Part shown: one piece after another, positions 38,531 to 50,800 of the stretch
Layout: every line of letters begins with the position of its first letter
Numbering within the stretch: position 1 is the first letter of the stretch
From: Veleropilina oligotropha
Taxonomy: Eukaryota
Reading direction: 5' to 3'
Assembly: GCA_048128005.1 (NCBI GenBank)
Contig: JBEUKZ010000119.1
Coordinates: forward strand, 124,001-188,000
Length of the DNA stretch: 64,000 bases
Program-made: the position numbers and the translations under genes
Notes under the pieces: generated by a model
The model's input: the letters and a program-made list of their open reading frames with translations, nothing else
What the model was told of the DNA's origin: nothing
Database searches by the model: none

Positions 38531-39643
38531 ATGGGTGGCAGTGCTGACGACTTTGAAGCGTATCGATATTTACGCAATCTATTTCGATCAGGAACATCCG
38601 GCGTCGTACGCGGGACCGGATAAACTATACAGAGTGGTCAGAGATGAGGGAAAGTTTAAGATCGGAAGGCAGAAAATTAAACAATGGTTACAGGATCAGG
38701 AGTTGTACAGTCTTCAGAGACTGGTGCGCTACAAGTTTAAAAGAAGGAGGGTGATCGTTAGCGGCATCGATGCACAATGGGACATGGACTTAGCGGACGT
38801 CACTAATTTATCTAAATACAACGACGACGTTAAATTTTTGCTGTTCGTCATTGACATTTTTTCCAGATTTCTATGGGTGGTACCACTTATGAACAAAACT
38901 GCAACGGTCGTCACCACTGGTTTAACCTCGGTGTTGAAAGGCAATAGAAAGCCATGGACGATACGCACTGACAAAGGCAACGAATTCACCAACAGAAGGG
39001 TGATTAAGCTGTTAGAACTTTACGCGGTAAAACAATTCCAAACTGAGAACGAAACCAAAGCAAATTATGCCGAAAGAGTGATACGCACCATTAAGAACAT
39101 GATGTATCGATATTTTACAAAAAACAATACGTACAAGTACATTGATGTGTTAGCTAATTTTGTATATAATTATAACAATACACCTCATCGATCACTTTCG
39201 TATCTATCACCGGCGAGTGTTAATTTGGAAAACGAGGCCGAAGTGTGGAGGGAACAATATATTAAAGAAAGTACTGAGCACCAATTTGAATATCCAAAAC
39301 GCGATATAAAGATAGGCGATCACGTGAGGATTACGCATTTGAAGAAAACATTTCAGCGCACGTACGACGAGAAATGGACGAGAGAACTCTTCGAGGTGAC
39401 GGATATTAAGGTGGAATCAGGTGTGAGCATTTACAGGTTGAAAGATTTCGCAGGTGAAACGGTGACAGGAACATTTTATCAATCTGAACTGCAAAAGTCA
39501 ACGTCAACGATACATCCATTTGGGAAATAGAGAAAATTCTGCGTTATAGAGGGAATGCTAATAACAGAGAAGCACTCGTCAGATGCCGCGGGTGGGGATC
39601 GAAGTATGACTCCTGGGTTCGCGAGAGAGACATAAAGTCATAG
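38531..39643 (+). pseudogene. Polinton retroviral-like (rve) integrase with C-terminal chromodomain, two frameshifts
   Basis: IYFD.EHPASYAG..KLY, WDMDLAD, IDIFSRF, RTDKGNEF, KANYAERVIRT (DDE intact), GTFYQSELQK; shifted frame continues WEIEKILRYRG..ALVRCRGWGSKYDSWV. Confidence 0.9.
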
Positions 39644-39655
39644 ATAGAGAGAACG

Positions 39656-40072
39656 ATGCGATTTATCTGTCGTTCAACTGATAGTGTTAATCTCTTCCCT
39701 AACAACACGCCATATAATTTCCGAGTTCAATTGCTTCAAACGATATACTTGAAAGGAACCTGGTTAGTTGCCCTTCAGGAAATTACAATAAGAAGTCGAT
39801 CGAGTGCGCCGTAAACGGATGATATTTACGTTTATTGTAATTTGTGTGACGTAACATTTGTCGGTGCTTATGAAGAGCCTCTTTTAAAGCGTGTGCATGT
39901 GGACGATAAGTCGAATGTTAATATGATATACTGGAAAGCTGTATATGTTCCAATCAGACTAGGCGAAATTCACCAAATACAGATTAGTATAAAATATGCC
40001 ACTGGCAAGGAGGCCTCATTTATCAACGGAGCAGTGACGTGCGAACTCGAAGTGAAGAACGTCGCGGCTTGA
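39656..40072 (+). pseudogene. Polinton minor capsid (penton-like) protein, 138 codons with one internal stop at 39812
   Basis: FPNNTPYNFRVQL..LKGTWLVALQEI..IYVYCNL..VG...PLLKRV..YVPI...IQISI...G...F. Confidence 0.7.
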
Positions 40073-40076
40073 GCAA

Positions 40077-40559
40077 ATGCAAGGTTCCATATATGTATCC
40101 AATCCATCCATCTGGAAGGAGTTCTATGAAAATATGTCTGGGAAGCACCTTAATCCATACGATTATGCTAGAAAACGTGGCGGTAAATACGCATCGTTTA
40201 AGAAATCGTTTTTAATACCTGTCAATCGTCACGTCGGGGGTGAAGTAAAACTGCAGCAGATAAGTCCAGTCACCTCTGTCGTTGAGCGTGCTAAGGAAAA
40301 TTTGGAGAGAGAAAAAGCGGCTGACCTCCCTCACGTACAGGTGAGTGCATTGACCGTCAATAAGGGGAAGCAGAGGCAGGAGAATATGAAGAAAAATAGA
40401 AAACAATCACCTCGCTCCGATGAAGAAAAAACCTCTATAAAACAACATGCTTCATCGAGAGGGGTCAGAAAGCGAGCCGATTCCGTAAAGCAGGTGTCGA
40501 CGAAGGTTATAGCCGTCAATAAGAAGCGTAAGCTTAACGACATATGGTCTAAATCGTAA
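40077..40559 (+). CDS. Polinton small basic protein (core/DNA-condensing-like), 160 aa, open frame
   Basis: Lies between penton and major capsid with 4-nt and 2-nt gaps; YVSNPSIWKEFY N-terminus; K/R-rich C-terminus ending KKRKLNDIWSKS. Confidence 0.55.
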   Translation: MQGSIYVSNPSIWKEFYENMSGKHLNPYDYARKRGGKYASFKKSFLIPVNRHVGGEVKLQQISPVTSVVERAKENLEREKAADLPHVQVSALTVNKGKQRQENMKKNRKQSPRSDEEKTSIKQHASSRGVRKRADSVKQVSTKVIAVNKKRKLNDIWSKS

Positions 40560-40561
40560 AC

Positions 40562-40630
40562 ATGGCATTTATCAGCGAAGCAAATCAAGAGATCGCACAG
40601 CCAATAGAACTCTCTCTTTTCACGAGTCCG
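40562..40630 (+). pseudogene. N-terminal stub of the Polinton major capsid protein
   Basis: MAFISEANQEIAQPIELSLFTSP resembles the MAF..ELDLF..P start of Polinton major capsids; similarity stops abruptly. Confidence 0.6.
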
Positions 40631-41674
40631 CTACGGAAACTAAAACAAATAAATGAATTGAAAATGAACCAACGGCCAATAGCAATTTATCTAGGCCAAA
40701 AAATGCCTTGGGTACTGTTTGTAACCCGATCCTACCTAGAATTTCACCCCATACCCATTTTATCACTTTGTATCAGTGATTGATTAAAAAAATCAATCTC
40801 ACGGCAGACCATCTATCTTGTCAATCTGCAATCCTATTTGCTCTCCGTATGGGTTTTTGGTGTGTAACATGTCTAATAAAAAGACCTTAATCATTAATTT
40901 CATGCTGTCGGAGGGATATGACATGACATGTTTTTCTTCTAGACATTATATGCATTAACAAATATCCCCCACCCCCCCTAGGAAAATATTTGCCTACCTA
41001 CCGTAATTTTGTATAAGCATGTATCAGGAATGAAGCAAGTTTTTCGTGTTCTCGTATTACTAGTTACTAAAAATATTATCTTCATTAATGATTTGCCAGT
41101 AAATCGTCGCTTTGGCTTGTGTAATACTATTTTGTTCAGTAATGTTTGCAACAGGTACACTCCTGTGCACATCTTGCCACTGTTAAATCGTCAGTCTCCA
41201 CAAACTGATTAAGCATAAGTAATGCCTTCATCATTAAATGGCACCACTTAAGATTATGTTAAAAACAATATCGACATGCGACATTAACACGTTCGCCCCC
41301 AGGGTACTGTTCACCCATACGTCATGGATATATTGGATATACGTGACCAGACATCTCGTCTCTGGCGCCTAAATGAGGTTTTTAAGTAAACCTAATATTA
41401 GTATAAAACATACTTACGTCCTTACTCTTGCCATAATAGTAATATTATCGCTAACCGGAAACAGTGAATATGTCACATCATGCACTATTTATAAGTCAAA
41501 ACGTACCACGATCACCTCCCCTGCTACCCCTCTCCTACGTTCCCCCAGCGAGATCTCGCCAAGTCTCGCGCGACTTCAGAACCATCGAAGTCAGAAGACC
41601 TCAATTCAAAGTTCAAAAACCCCAAAGGAACGTAGTAGAGGGGAGGAATGCGAAACGCAGGGTGGGTAACCGTG

Positions 41675-41765
41675 GTAAGGACGTAAGTATGTTTTATACT
41701 AATATTAGGTTTACTTAAAAACCTCATATGTAGTTACAAACATACTTACGTCCTTACTCTTGCCA
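41675..41765. repeat. DIRS internal complementary region (ICR)
   Basis: 41675-41727 is the reverse complement of the left terminus (41373-41425) and 41728-41765 is the reverse complement of the right terminus (48638-48675), joined end to end. Confidence 0.92.
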
Positions 41766-42599
41766 GAATAACCTTGGATAGGTGGGTAAGACGTTCCTTA
41801 CAACAAACCCAAACAAGATAATGACTTACTTTTCACCCTTTCAATCAGCATGAAGCGTCGATTGTGTCCGCCCAGAGTTGAATTTACTGAGTATTATATT
41901 CTACTCTTACCCAGCGAGAATTTCGACCAGTGTTACCGGGAGAATACGCCGTGGTGTTAGTCGGACGAGGTGAACGGAAGTGCAATCAGCCCCAGGCACG
42001 GCCGGAAGGATAAATCCCTGTAGGTCTTACGTGTCATGGACCAGTGGCAGCCAAATGGATCTCCGGGCCTATAGGCCGGTAGCCAGAGGATGCAGTCGGA
42101 TTTGTAAGCACACGGAACCTAACAGGTTGTGAAAGCTTTAAATCAAAGCAAAGAATTAATAGATTATTATAAATAATCGATATTAATAAGTAATTCGCAT
42201 GACCAACCTGCGAAGGCTAACATGGACGACATGTCACTTAAAATAAATTTTAAGGAAGCTAAAATGTACGACCTGTTACTTAAAAATAAAATTTTAAGGA
42301 ATCAAAATTTTTCAATGTATTGAACATCGTATGTTCGATTACAGCGTAGAACATAATAATATTGAACCTTAATCTTTTTAAGATTTGTGCAAAATTATCG
42401 AGTTGTTTTATTAAATTCAATGCAATCTGGCTTGTCAAAACTCAGGTATGACATGGAAAGTACAAAATCTTAAAATGCTTTTAAGAAATGAACAGACATT
42501 GAACTGCCTCATAGGTGTCCATTTCATAGCACCGTTAGGCCAACAAAGAATAAAATGGCGTCAGTAAATTATGTAAATTGATCAATCAATGGAACAATA

Positions 42600-43450
42600 C
42601 TTACTGATTAGATGACCTCGGTCTAACAATACATCGTTGAGCAGTTAGACTGCACAATCCATCAGCCGCATGGAATACTCCCCAGAAAAGGCTTAATAAA
42701 GACATTTTGAGAATCAGCGCTGAGATGTGAATCTGCGAAAACACGGACCTCGTGTGCGCGGATCGATACAAAGTGCGTGCGGCCTATTTTTCACAGCGAG
42801 AGTAGGCTCTCACTACATGTGAAAACCTCCGCGAAACAGTAGTCTACGTAATGTCGCGGATAAGAAGGTAAATACGAATAAAATATAGGTAGTTTTCCTT
42901 GCCGCGTATCACTGACCCTGTCGAGGTAGTAACGTAGGCACGCATATATGACAGATTCATCGGTCCACATCGGGTCTCTGACCAGCGCTAGGGGGTAACG
43001 ATATCGGTTGCGTCTTCGATCGGCCGTTGATTCTTGGCGAGGAAACCCAAGATATGACGCCGCATCACCGACCCGTCGACTGGAAACGAACGTCTCGTAG
43101 CTCTCGGATAGACTATGAAATACGGAACAACGCCTGCCCGACGCTAAGGCGATCAGAAAAACTGTTTTGTGCATTAAGTTCCTCATAGAGCGTTAAGAAA
43201 TGAGAGCGATGTTTCAAGCTGGCCGTATCGTACGGGTCGAAATTTTGAGTTCGAAGGATCGCAGAAATCCAAATAGTTCGGTCGCTAGGTAGGTTACCAC
43301 GGGCACGGCACTCGCGACCGTTGCCCGATAGCTTTGACGGCGGACACTGACAAACCGCGTTCAAAGAGCGACGATAAAAACTCAATAAACTTGTTCACAG
43401 GGGGGCGGAGTATATTTACCTGCCGGCTGTAACACTAATCCACGTACTTA
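42600..43450 (-). pseudogene. DIRS tyrosine recombinase remnant
   Basis: KTVFLIALASGRRCS..HSL, CLRYYLDRV and RAHEVR in broken frames. Confidence 0.75.
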
Positions 43451-43559
43451 ACCCATCGGTAGTCATAAACTTTAGTCGTGGAAAGCCTTCTCGATCGGGA
43501 TGCGTAGGGCTGTTGCGCGAGAAATTCCTTTCTTAGCACGGGATCGTTCGATGACCGCC

Positions 43560-44505
43560 AGGCGTGTAAACGTAAGTCGTTCGCGATGTTGTAATACACG
43601 GCTGCGCGCCTGCATTAACCGGCCCGGTCTTTGCGGAAGCGAAAACAGTCGGTCGACGATCAGATCGAGGAGGGTCGGAAACCAAGGTTGCGTGCGATAT
43701 AGGGGCGCGATTAGCGTTATCTGCAACGTTCGTTCGATGCCTTCTGTAATACCAGTGTTAGAATGCACGACGGGGGGAAGGCATACGCGGACAGATTCTC
43801 CCATGTCATTGACAGTGCGTCGACCGCTAGGGCGGCCGGGTCCGGGTACGGGGAGACATACAGAGGTAGTCGGTAATTGAACTCTGTTGCAAACAGATCG
43901 ACTTGGGGTTGCGACCACCGGCGGCAAACGTCCCGAGCTACTCGGCTGTGTAGCGTCCACTCTGTGTGTATTATCTGTGATTTCCGAGAGAGCGAATTCG
44001 CTCTGACATTCAGCTTTCCCGGGATGTGTCGGGCTCGAACCGTCGAGATGAGGGACATCACTAAGCGGTGTAGGTCTATTGCTCGGTCGCAAAGGGGACG
44101 CGAGCGAGTGCCGCCCTGGTGCTGGATGTAAGCGACGACAGTCGTGTAGTCCGTGGCGAGCATTCTGTGCTTGTAGCGGAGATGTGACGAGAGGGACCGT
44201 ACTGACAGGTAGACGGCTTCTAACTCTAGGAAGTTGATATGTCGTCCCTGAAGGTCCGTCGGCCATAGGCCTGATGTCTCGTAACTGTCGAGGTGACCAC
44301 CCCAGCCGTCGTTCGAAGCGTCTGTGAACAGGTAAGCGTTCGGCTCTGGCGGGGATATAGGAACCGACTGGTCCGGCAAAGCAGGGTTCAACCTCACTGC
44401 TGTTGTGCTGGTAAACCAATGCCGAAGATCGATGCGATCCGTCCACTGCCCCGTCCGTTGTATCCAGCGATCCCTGAACGCCTGGTGTAATGGTCGATTG
44501 TCCAT
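43560..44505 (-). pseudogene. DIRS RNase H plus DNA adenine-methyltransferase-like domain
   Basis: LFTDASNDGWGG, HINFLELEAV, TDYTTVVAYI..QGGTRS, HIPGKLNVRANSLSR; then VDLFA..N..LP.YVS..AVDAL..W..AYAFPP; shifted LIAP.Y..QPWFP. Confidence 0.88.
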
Positions 44506-44576
44506 GTGACCCGTCGGTAGCAGGGTCGCTGCCGACTCGAAGTGCCCCAGGACAGTGGCCAGTTGTCGCGCTGTAG

Positions 44577-45335
44577 TTATGTCCGATGACAGGGTGTCTG
44601 GATAACCGCGCGTAGGTTCCGCATACGTTTCTGGGCCGGTTTCGCGGTGTACCGGACCGTATCGAAGTCGACCCCGAGAAACGTAAACGTCGTCGAGGGC
44701 ACGAAGCCGGGTTTTGTCTCATTGATCTGAAATCCTAGGCGCTTCGTTGATGACAGGGTAAAGCTCGTAGACCGGAGGCACAGATCTCGGGACGCCCCGA
44801 GGATCAGCCAGTCGTCGAGGTATATATGTACCCTGAGCCCTAGAGAGTGTAGGAAGGCCCTAAGGGCCTGTACTGTTCTCGTGAAGACGTACGGGGCTGA
44901 CGATAGACCGAACGGTAGGCACCTGAATGGTAGATCGTCTCCCCGTGTATAAACCGAAGGTACTGATGAGCGGTGATATGCATCGGGACATGCAGATACG
45001 CGTCGGTCAGATCGATAGACGCTGCCCAGTCGCCCGGACGGATGGCCGCTCGTATCTTCGAGAGGGTTTTCTTGCTGGAATTTCTCTGTACGAAGATATA
45101 GTTTACGAGAGATCGAAGATCGGTCGCTAGCGGCCATCGGGATTCGGGACCAGGAAGAAATGGCTGTATTATCCTGGTGTGCTGGGCGGCGCGGGATATA
45201 TTGCTCCTTGAGGAGTAGGTCCCGCACTGCCTGGTCTAAGACCGCTCGCTTCTCTCCGTTTAGGAGGCGAGCGTGTCTTGGTGGTGGTGCCTCGTTTAGG
45301 GTCGGATGCCGGTTGAACCAACTTGTATCCGGCAC
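44577..45335 (-). pseudogene. DIRS reverse transcriptase remnant
   Basis: FRCLPFGLSSAPYVFTR..HIYLDDWLI..LGFQIN..K..FLGV; N-terminal part frameshifted. Confidence 0.9.
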
Positions 45336-45439
45336 TCACGACGGAGGGACCCAGCTACTGTCTGGTAGTCTAGCCACGGCTGGCTGTACGCTAACAGATA
45401 CGCTTCCACCGGCGGAAGCGGGTAGCTGGGACTGTCGTG

Positions 45440-47500
45440 TGTGCCGGCAGCCCTAGGGCCGAGGCTTCCCTCTCCCGCTCTGCGTACGGGAGCTTGTTGG
45501 AGGTGCTTGCCTCTTCGGAGTGGGTTAATGGCCGGGGCCTACCACCAGAAGAGGGTCATGCACGCTTGGAAGGCTTCGGGGTCCAGGTGGGCCCTGAACG
45601 CTTCCTCGAGTCGGCGGGTGGACCCCCGGGGGGGGTGCAGCACCGCCTACTCGATGGTACGGTCCGTCAGGTCCGCCGCTCTCTGTCGACGAATCCGAGA
45701 AATCGTCGGCAAATAGAGTGGCGGACGAGCAAGGCACGCATCGCAACGAGCGCCGGGTGGCCTCATCTAGCGAGGTGCCTTCAAGGTAAGCGACCCTACG
45801 AAGTAGGAGTGCGTTACCCAGGACACGTCCCATCTCCAACGCGTTGGTCTCCATAACGGCAGCAACCTCCTGGAGGAAGGACAGGGCAGCCCACGGGCGC
45901 CGGGTCCATCCTCCTGTAATACGGCTATCGTCCCGTCTAGGAAAAATCCTGAACGGACGACGGCCGCAGAGCCCATCGGGCGGAGCTCTCGAAAGCTTCC
46001 AAGGCGAACCCAGGAACTCTCGCTACAGAGGGAGTGTGACTGGCGGTCAGTCAACGCAACGCTGCGTCAACACGAACCGGCTCAGTCGCCAGGCACGGAC
46101 CAGTACATGCGAACGGGATCGAACGCGAACTGGCCCGGAGGTACCTCCCACTACGGAACCCCGAAGGGTACTCGGTCAGTGGGGAGGACTCCACCGGATT
46201 GCGCCCCCGACTGAGCTTGGTTGTCGAGTCAACACCCGATCAATCAGCCCAGACTGAGGTAAGGAAGGAAGCAAGGGGGCTTCCTTCTCAACAAACCGAT
46301 GCGCCGCCGTCCTGTGCTTGACCGGGCCTACATACGACCGAGTCGGTTCCGGCAGGTCAAGCACCCCGCGAAGTGACGCAACAGCGTCGAGTTCGGCGAG
46401 TGGTGGAGGTCGGCTCCTGCGTGCCTGGAAGACTACTAGCGTCTTCGGGCCCGACCGATACAGGGAGGTCGGAGTGAGTGGAGTCGAGGTCCTCGTCGGA
46501 ACGAGGTTCGATCCCCACCACGGAGGCAGGAGCCGTGCTCTGCGCCACAGGCAGAGGTGTAGGTACCTGGAGCGGCTAGGAAGCCGGTTGTCAGGCCCGA
46601 CATCGGGACTCGAACTCCGCCGCGAACATAGCCTGGACGTTCTCTAAAGAGAAACCCGGAGGCATGACGGGCGTCGAACTAACAGCCGGTAGTTCGGTCG
46701 AAGTCACCGTGGCGCTAGGTAGACGGGCTGCATGGACAGGTGTAGCCGAGAACCAGGGTCTCGGGACACGTGTCGAGTGGTCGAACCCGAAAGAACGGCC
46801 CGGAGGCGCGTTCGGTGGGCCGGACGACCGGTAGGACTGCGGCAACAGTCCGTATCGGTCTACCACTCTGTTCGCGAGAGGCATGGTCGGAAAACCGCCG
46901 TAGAACCCCTCACCGAACGCAGCCGGTCTGTCCACGTTCTCTAGCGTGACCATCGTGGGTGCACGGGAGAGAACGGGCCCTCTGAAAAGCTCGTGAGCAT
47001 CGAGGTTGAGCGGAAAACCCTTAGGGGTAGTCGCGTCGGTCTCGAACGAGGATTCAGGTGTCGCCGATTGTCCGAGTCTTAGACCTACAAGTAGGTGCCC
47101 GGCCTCTTTAAAGGCTTTCTCTGCATTGGGTCTGTCACCGTAGGAAGACGGTGAGTTTCCCGCAGAAGGACTAACTGTCCCCTATTCTTCGAGGCCGAAG
47201 AAAAGGATGGGGAATGTCTGCCCTGTTCAGCGGTTCGCTGCGTTGCCAGATATACCTTGCTAGCCGGCAAGGTATGGTTGGCTGCAGTTACTAGGCCCGT
47301 TTTAGGAGGATCGAACAGCACTCGGGCTCCTACCTGAATCTGGGGTCCCGGCAAGGTTACGGCGACTCTCCCATGAGTCGCGGAGGTTACGCCGGTAGAT
47401 CCGGCGACAGACGGCCCTTTAAGGTCTACTGTCGTCCAGCGTCCCTGAAGTAGACCAAAAAAACGTTAATTTTCCCTTTAACCTACCATTTTGTCCCTTC
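45440..47500 (-). pseudogene. DIRS gag-like ORF remnant, approximate limits
   Basis: LGNALLLRRVAYL..LRCVPCSSATLF fits a DIRS gag C-terminus; upstream S/P/R-rich broken frames. Confidence 0.5.
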
Positions 47501-49095
47501 TCGGGGGAGAACCCACCGTGGTAACCGCACTGGTCGGCGTCATCGGTGGATATACGATCGCCCACTGCCTGCTGTTAAATCTAGGCACAGTTCACATATA
47601 TATATATATACGGTGAACACGGCATTCCGTGCGCCTAGAAAACCGTGAAACTTCGGGTTACACCCGGAGTTGCACCGGACCAAACTTCCCTCTCCCTGAA
47701 TACACGGGAGGGTAGTAGTGGGTGGAACGGGGTAGTTAAAAGTATATATTTGGTAGTTGTGACTATTTACTATGACAACTCTTAAAATTGCCCTGATCTG
47801 AAGATCAAAGATCAGGCGATATACCGCAAAAACGCAAAAACCCCGAACTGGGAACACCGAGGTCGGGTATTTACCCGACACGACCCGGTAAAAAACCCGG
47901 CAAATTGACTAGAACAAACGGGGGTTCTTTCTTAGAAAAAACCGCCCTGAAAAACACCTGAAAACCTCGTGGATGTTTTTATGTTAGTACAATTGTGTAT
48001 TATCCCAGAAACGGCAGGATAACAGAAAAACGCAAGCGTGATATCTAAATGATCCTGCCTTTTAACAACGCTAGAAATTTTATACAATAATAACCAGCAA
48101 ATAGCGTCGTTAAGGAATTATCCAATATAGTGAGTTACCTGTTTGCAGTCTCAAACAATATCAGATAAATATACCGACCAGAAATTTCTGCTACACACGA
48201 AACTTTCCCTCTAAGCGGCCATGCTTTTTCACAGCAACAGCGACGATGTCGGTTTCACTTGATCCAGAACCTCTCGAAGTTTTGAGAATCACAATCTTCT
48301 TATATTCACTCGTGTTTTGTATCGACAACACAGGGTTATATTCCACCACTTATATTCTAATATAAGTAAAATATTTGCGCCCTGATTTAACGTGAAATCA
48401 GGCGCCTATTTCGAAATATTTGCGGAGCAAAAACAACGTCTTTCCGTCTCAGCGGAAAACTTTGAATTGAGGTCTTCTGACTTCGATGGTTCTGAAGTCG
48501 CGCGAGACTTGGCGAGATCTCGCTGGGGGAACGTAGGAGAGGGGTAGCAGGGGAGGTGATCGTGGTACGTTTTGACTTATAAATAGTGCATGATGTGACA
48601 TATTCACTGTTTCCGGTTAGCGATAATATTACTATTATGGCAAGAGTAAGGACGTAAGTATGTTTGTAACTACATATAATAAAATGTGAGACGATACACA
48701 TCGTCCTTGGCGGCGAATTTGTTAACATGAGTTTAACCGAAATCACTGAGAGCCGATGTGTTTTATTTTTACGTGGTGAATTTCAGCCGCAATAGTCAAG
48801 TGTATATAATTTGTTAAACAGACGAAGGGAAACAATCGTTGTTCTTTGTTAAAGAATGATGTATTGCGCAACTATAGCTAATGATAGTGTGAAAGGTCTT
48901 AGTTACCGATCTTACCTCTACCGAAATTGCTCAAATATTATAATACTTTGTCAGCGCCATTTTTATTGTATGCGGTGATCCACAGGGCCCCGTAACGTTG
49001 CTTATCGTTCGTCTGTTTCCGTTTGACGATTGCATGGCGCAGTTCATTGTTACTATACAATATAGACAAGGGAGGACACTAAGGACGGGACACAC

Positions 49096-49444
49096 GATGC
49101 ATTATCCCGACATTTCACTAAATTATTTCATTTGTCAAATGATGTTGGTTCGAATAGTGACCAGTGACCATCGTGTGCTGCTCTCTACTCGATAACATGA
49201 CGAATAAATTGCAAATTACGTGTATTTAACACTCGGCGTTGACACTATCGATAACTAGGTTGTTCAACAAACAATATATTGAAAAATGAACTTACATAAC
49301 TCTTGCAAACAATTACTAAGTCTCTCTTGTAAACAACAACTAAATAAACGGGACATATATGATCGTTCTTCCCGAATTTGACATATTCGAACCAACATCT
49401 TTTGACAAATGAAATAATTCAGTGAAATGTCGGGATAATGCATC
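49096..49444. repeat. 61-bp inverted repeat pair (small MITE-like)
   Basis: GATGCATTATCCCGACATTTCACT..GTTGGTTCGAATA at 49096-49156 and its inverse at 49384-49444. Confidence 0.65.
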
Positions 49445-50149
49445 ATGTAGCAGCAAGACCAGCAGAGAGGTGTGAATACACCGTAAGTTCTGCTAATTGA
49501 ATTAAGATCAACGTTGGTAAACAATGTGGCGTTTTCTGCAATTATTACAAAACAAACAACAAATTGTCCACAAGTGTAATGCCTGTAAATTTGACGTTCT
49601 ACGCAAGATGACTAGATCAATCAGTGATTAATGCTTTAATACAATATGTCGAGAGAAGAAGAGGACGTCATCTTGAATAACACTTTACACAAAAGAGCCA
49701 AAAGGTTTTCTCAATTGTTGTATTCACAGCAATTACTTATATTAATATAGACTAGACTACTTGTTTCAGCAATCAATTTAAAGGAGTCAAAATGGCATAA
49801 TGAATATTTGTTGGTGTGGTGTAGCTCAAGATGTATTTAAATGTTATACTATACACCCACTTTTTTACCCATTTTGTCATAATAATACTTTTTAAATGTG
49901 TTAGTCTTTTATATTTGTAATCTTATTTTATAACATATTGCATTTATGATCATTTTACACTTAGAGACAGATACGGCTCGATAACTTATATTCCAACTTT
50001 ATCTTTCGGTTTTAATTAATTTATATCAACTATTTTATTTTTATTGAAACGAACACTCTATTTTATTTCAAGATGGCTTCCACATCAGTAAAAACGTGTA
50101 GTCTGTTTCGCCAAAGATAGGCTCGTCAGTATTTTCACAAGAATATCTT

Positions 50150-50800
50150 GCGATTTGCACACCTTCACATCGATTGAGCACATAATCTCTCATCCTCGTT
50201 ATTTCACCAGTAGTATGCTGGACGTAGTTGAATCGACCTTCCTTTGTCTGCAGTCCTCCATATAAGTGACGCATAATTTGCTTACATGCATGATTTCTTT
50301 CTCGATAAACGACCAACAAAGTGGTAAAAGGCTTGTATTTCATCTTTTTATTTTATGGAGAAGTTGGTTATCATCAAGATGCTTGTACTATTCCCAGAAG
50401 AGAGCGTCGCGAACTTCATTCATAGAAATGTGCTTTGGCTTTCATCATAGCAAATGTACATTTCGATAGTGTGGAGCATATCTTCGTCCAGGTTTACTGA
50501 CTTTGTTCCAATCTGTGAAAAGCGCCTTGAAAGTCCCATGACTTCTCCTAGGTTCAACATGTATCTGATTTCCTTTACGTAGCGCCGAGACAGTGAAATC
50601 ACATCCTGGGATGCCAGAAATAGCCACGCATGTCACCACCGAGATTGTCTGACAGTACTATTACGTCTTCGTACTCAGCTGTGTTATTGCCGCTAATTCT
50701 TGATACTGCATCCATCCAGATGTAGTTAAATAATCCTGCAGTATTACACAACAATACATTATGACCAGAGTATATGTGGCGCTACATCGAACAACAAGAG
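50150..50800 (-). pseudogene. Decayed XPG/PIN-like domain of an Academ-type DNA transposase
   Basis: Broken frames give GIPGCDFTVSALRKG, FSQIG..IEMYIC, NEVRDALF, TSLLPLC and ANYASLIWR, in the order of the GCD..GK / LPPC..RANY..IW motifs. Confidence 0.55.

Larger units (their letters stand above)
37535..40630 (+). mobile_element. Polinton/Maverick (adintovirus-like) fragment; left boundary tentative
   Basis: Tightly packed integrase, minor capsid, basic ORF and major-capsid N-terminus; candidate AGTAGT terminus at 37535. Confidence 0.8.
41373..48675 (-). mobile_element. DIRS1-like tyrosine-recombinase retrotransposon, complete terminal structure, decayed ORFs
   Basis: 208-bp ITRs at 41406-41613 and 48458-48665; ICR at 41675-41765; gag, RT, RNase H, MT and YR remnants in canonical order. 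Confidence 0.95.

Noticed and set aside
41940..42010. HDV-like or twister ribozyme in the DIRS 3' region (CACCTCGT on the minus strand)
   Set aside because: I could not build the P1/P3 nested pseudoknot pairings by eye.
43472..46944. Plus-strand and alternative-frame ORFs inside DIRS, such as the 416-aa ORF
   Set aside because: GC-rich shadow frames without recognisable domains, apart from short frameshifted pieces of pol.
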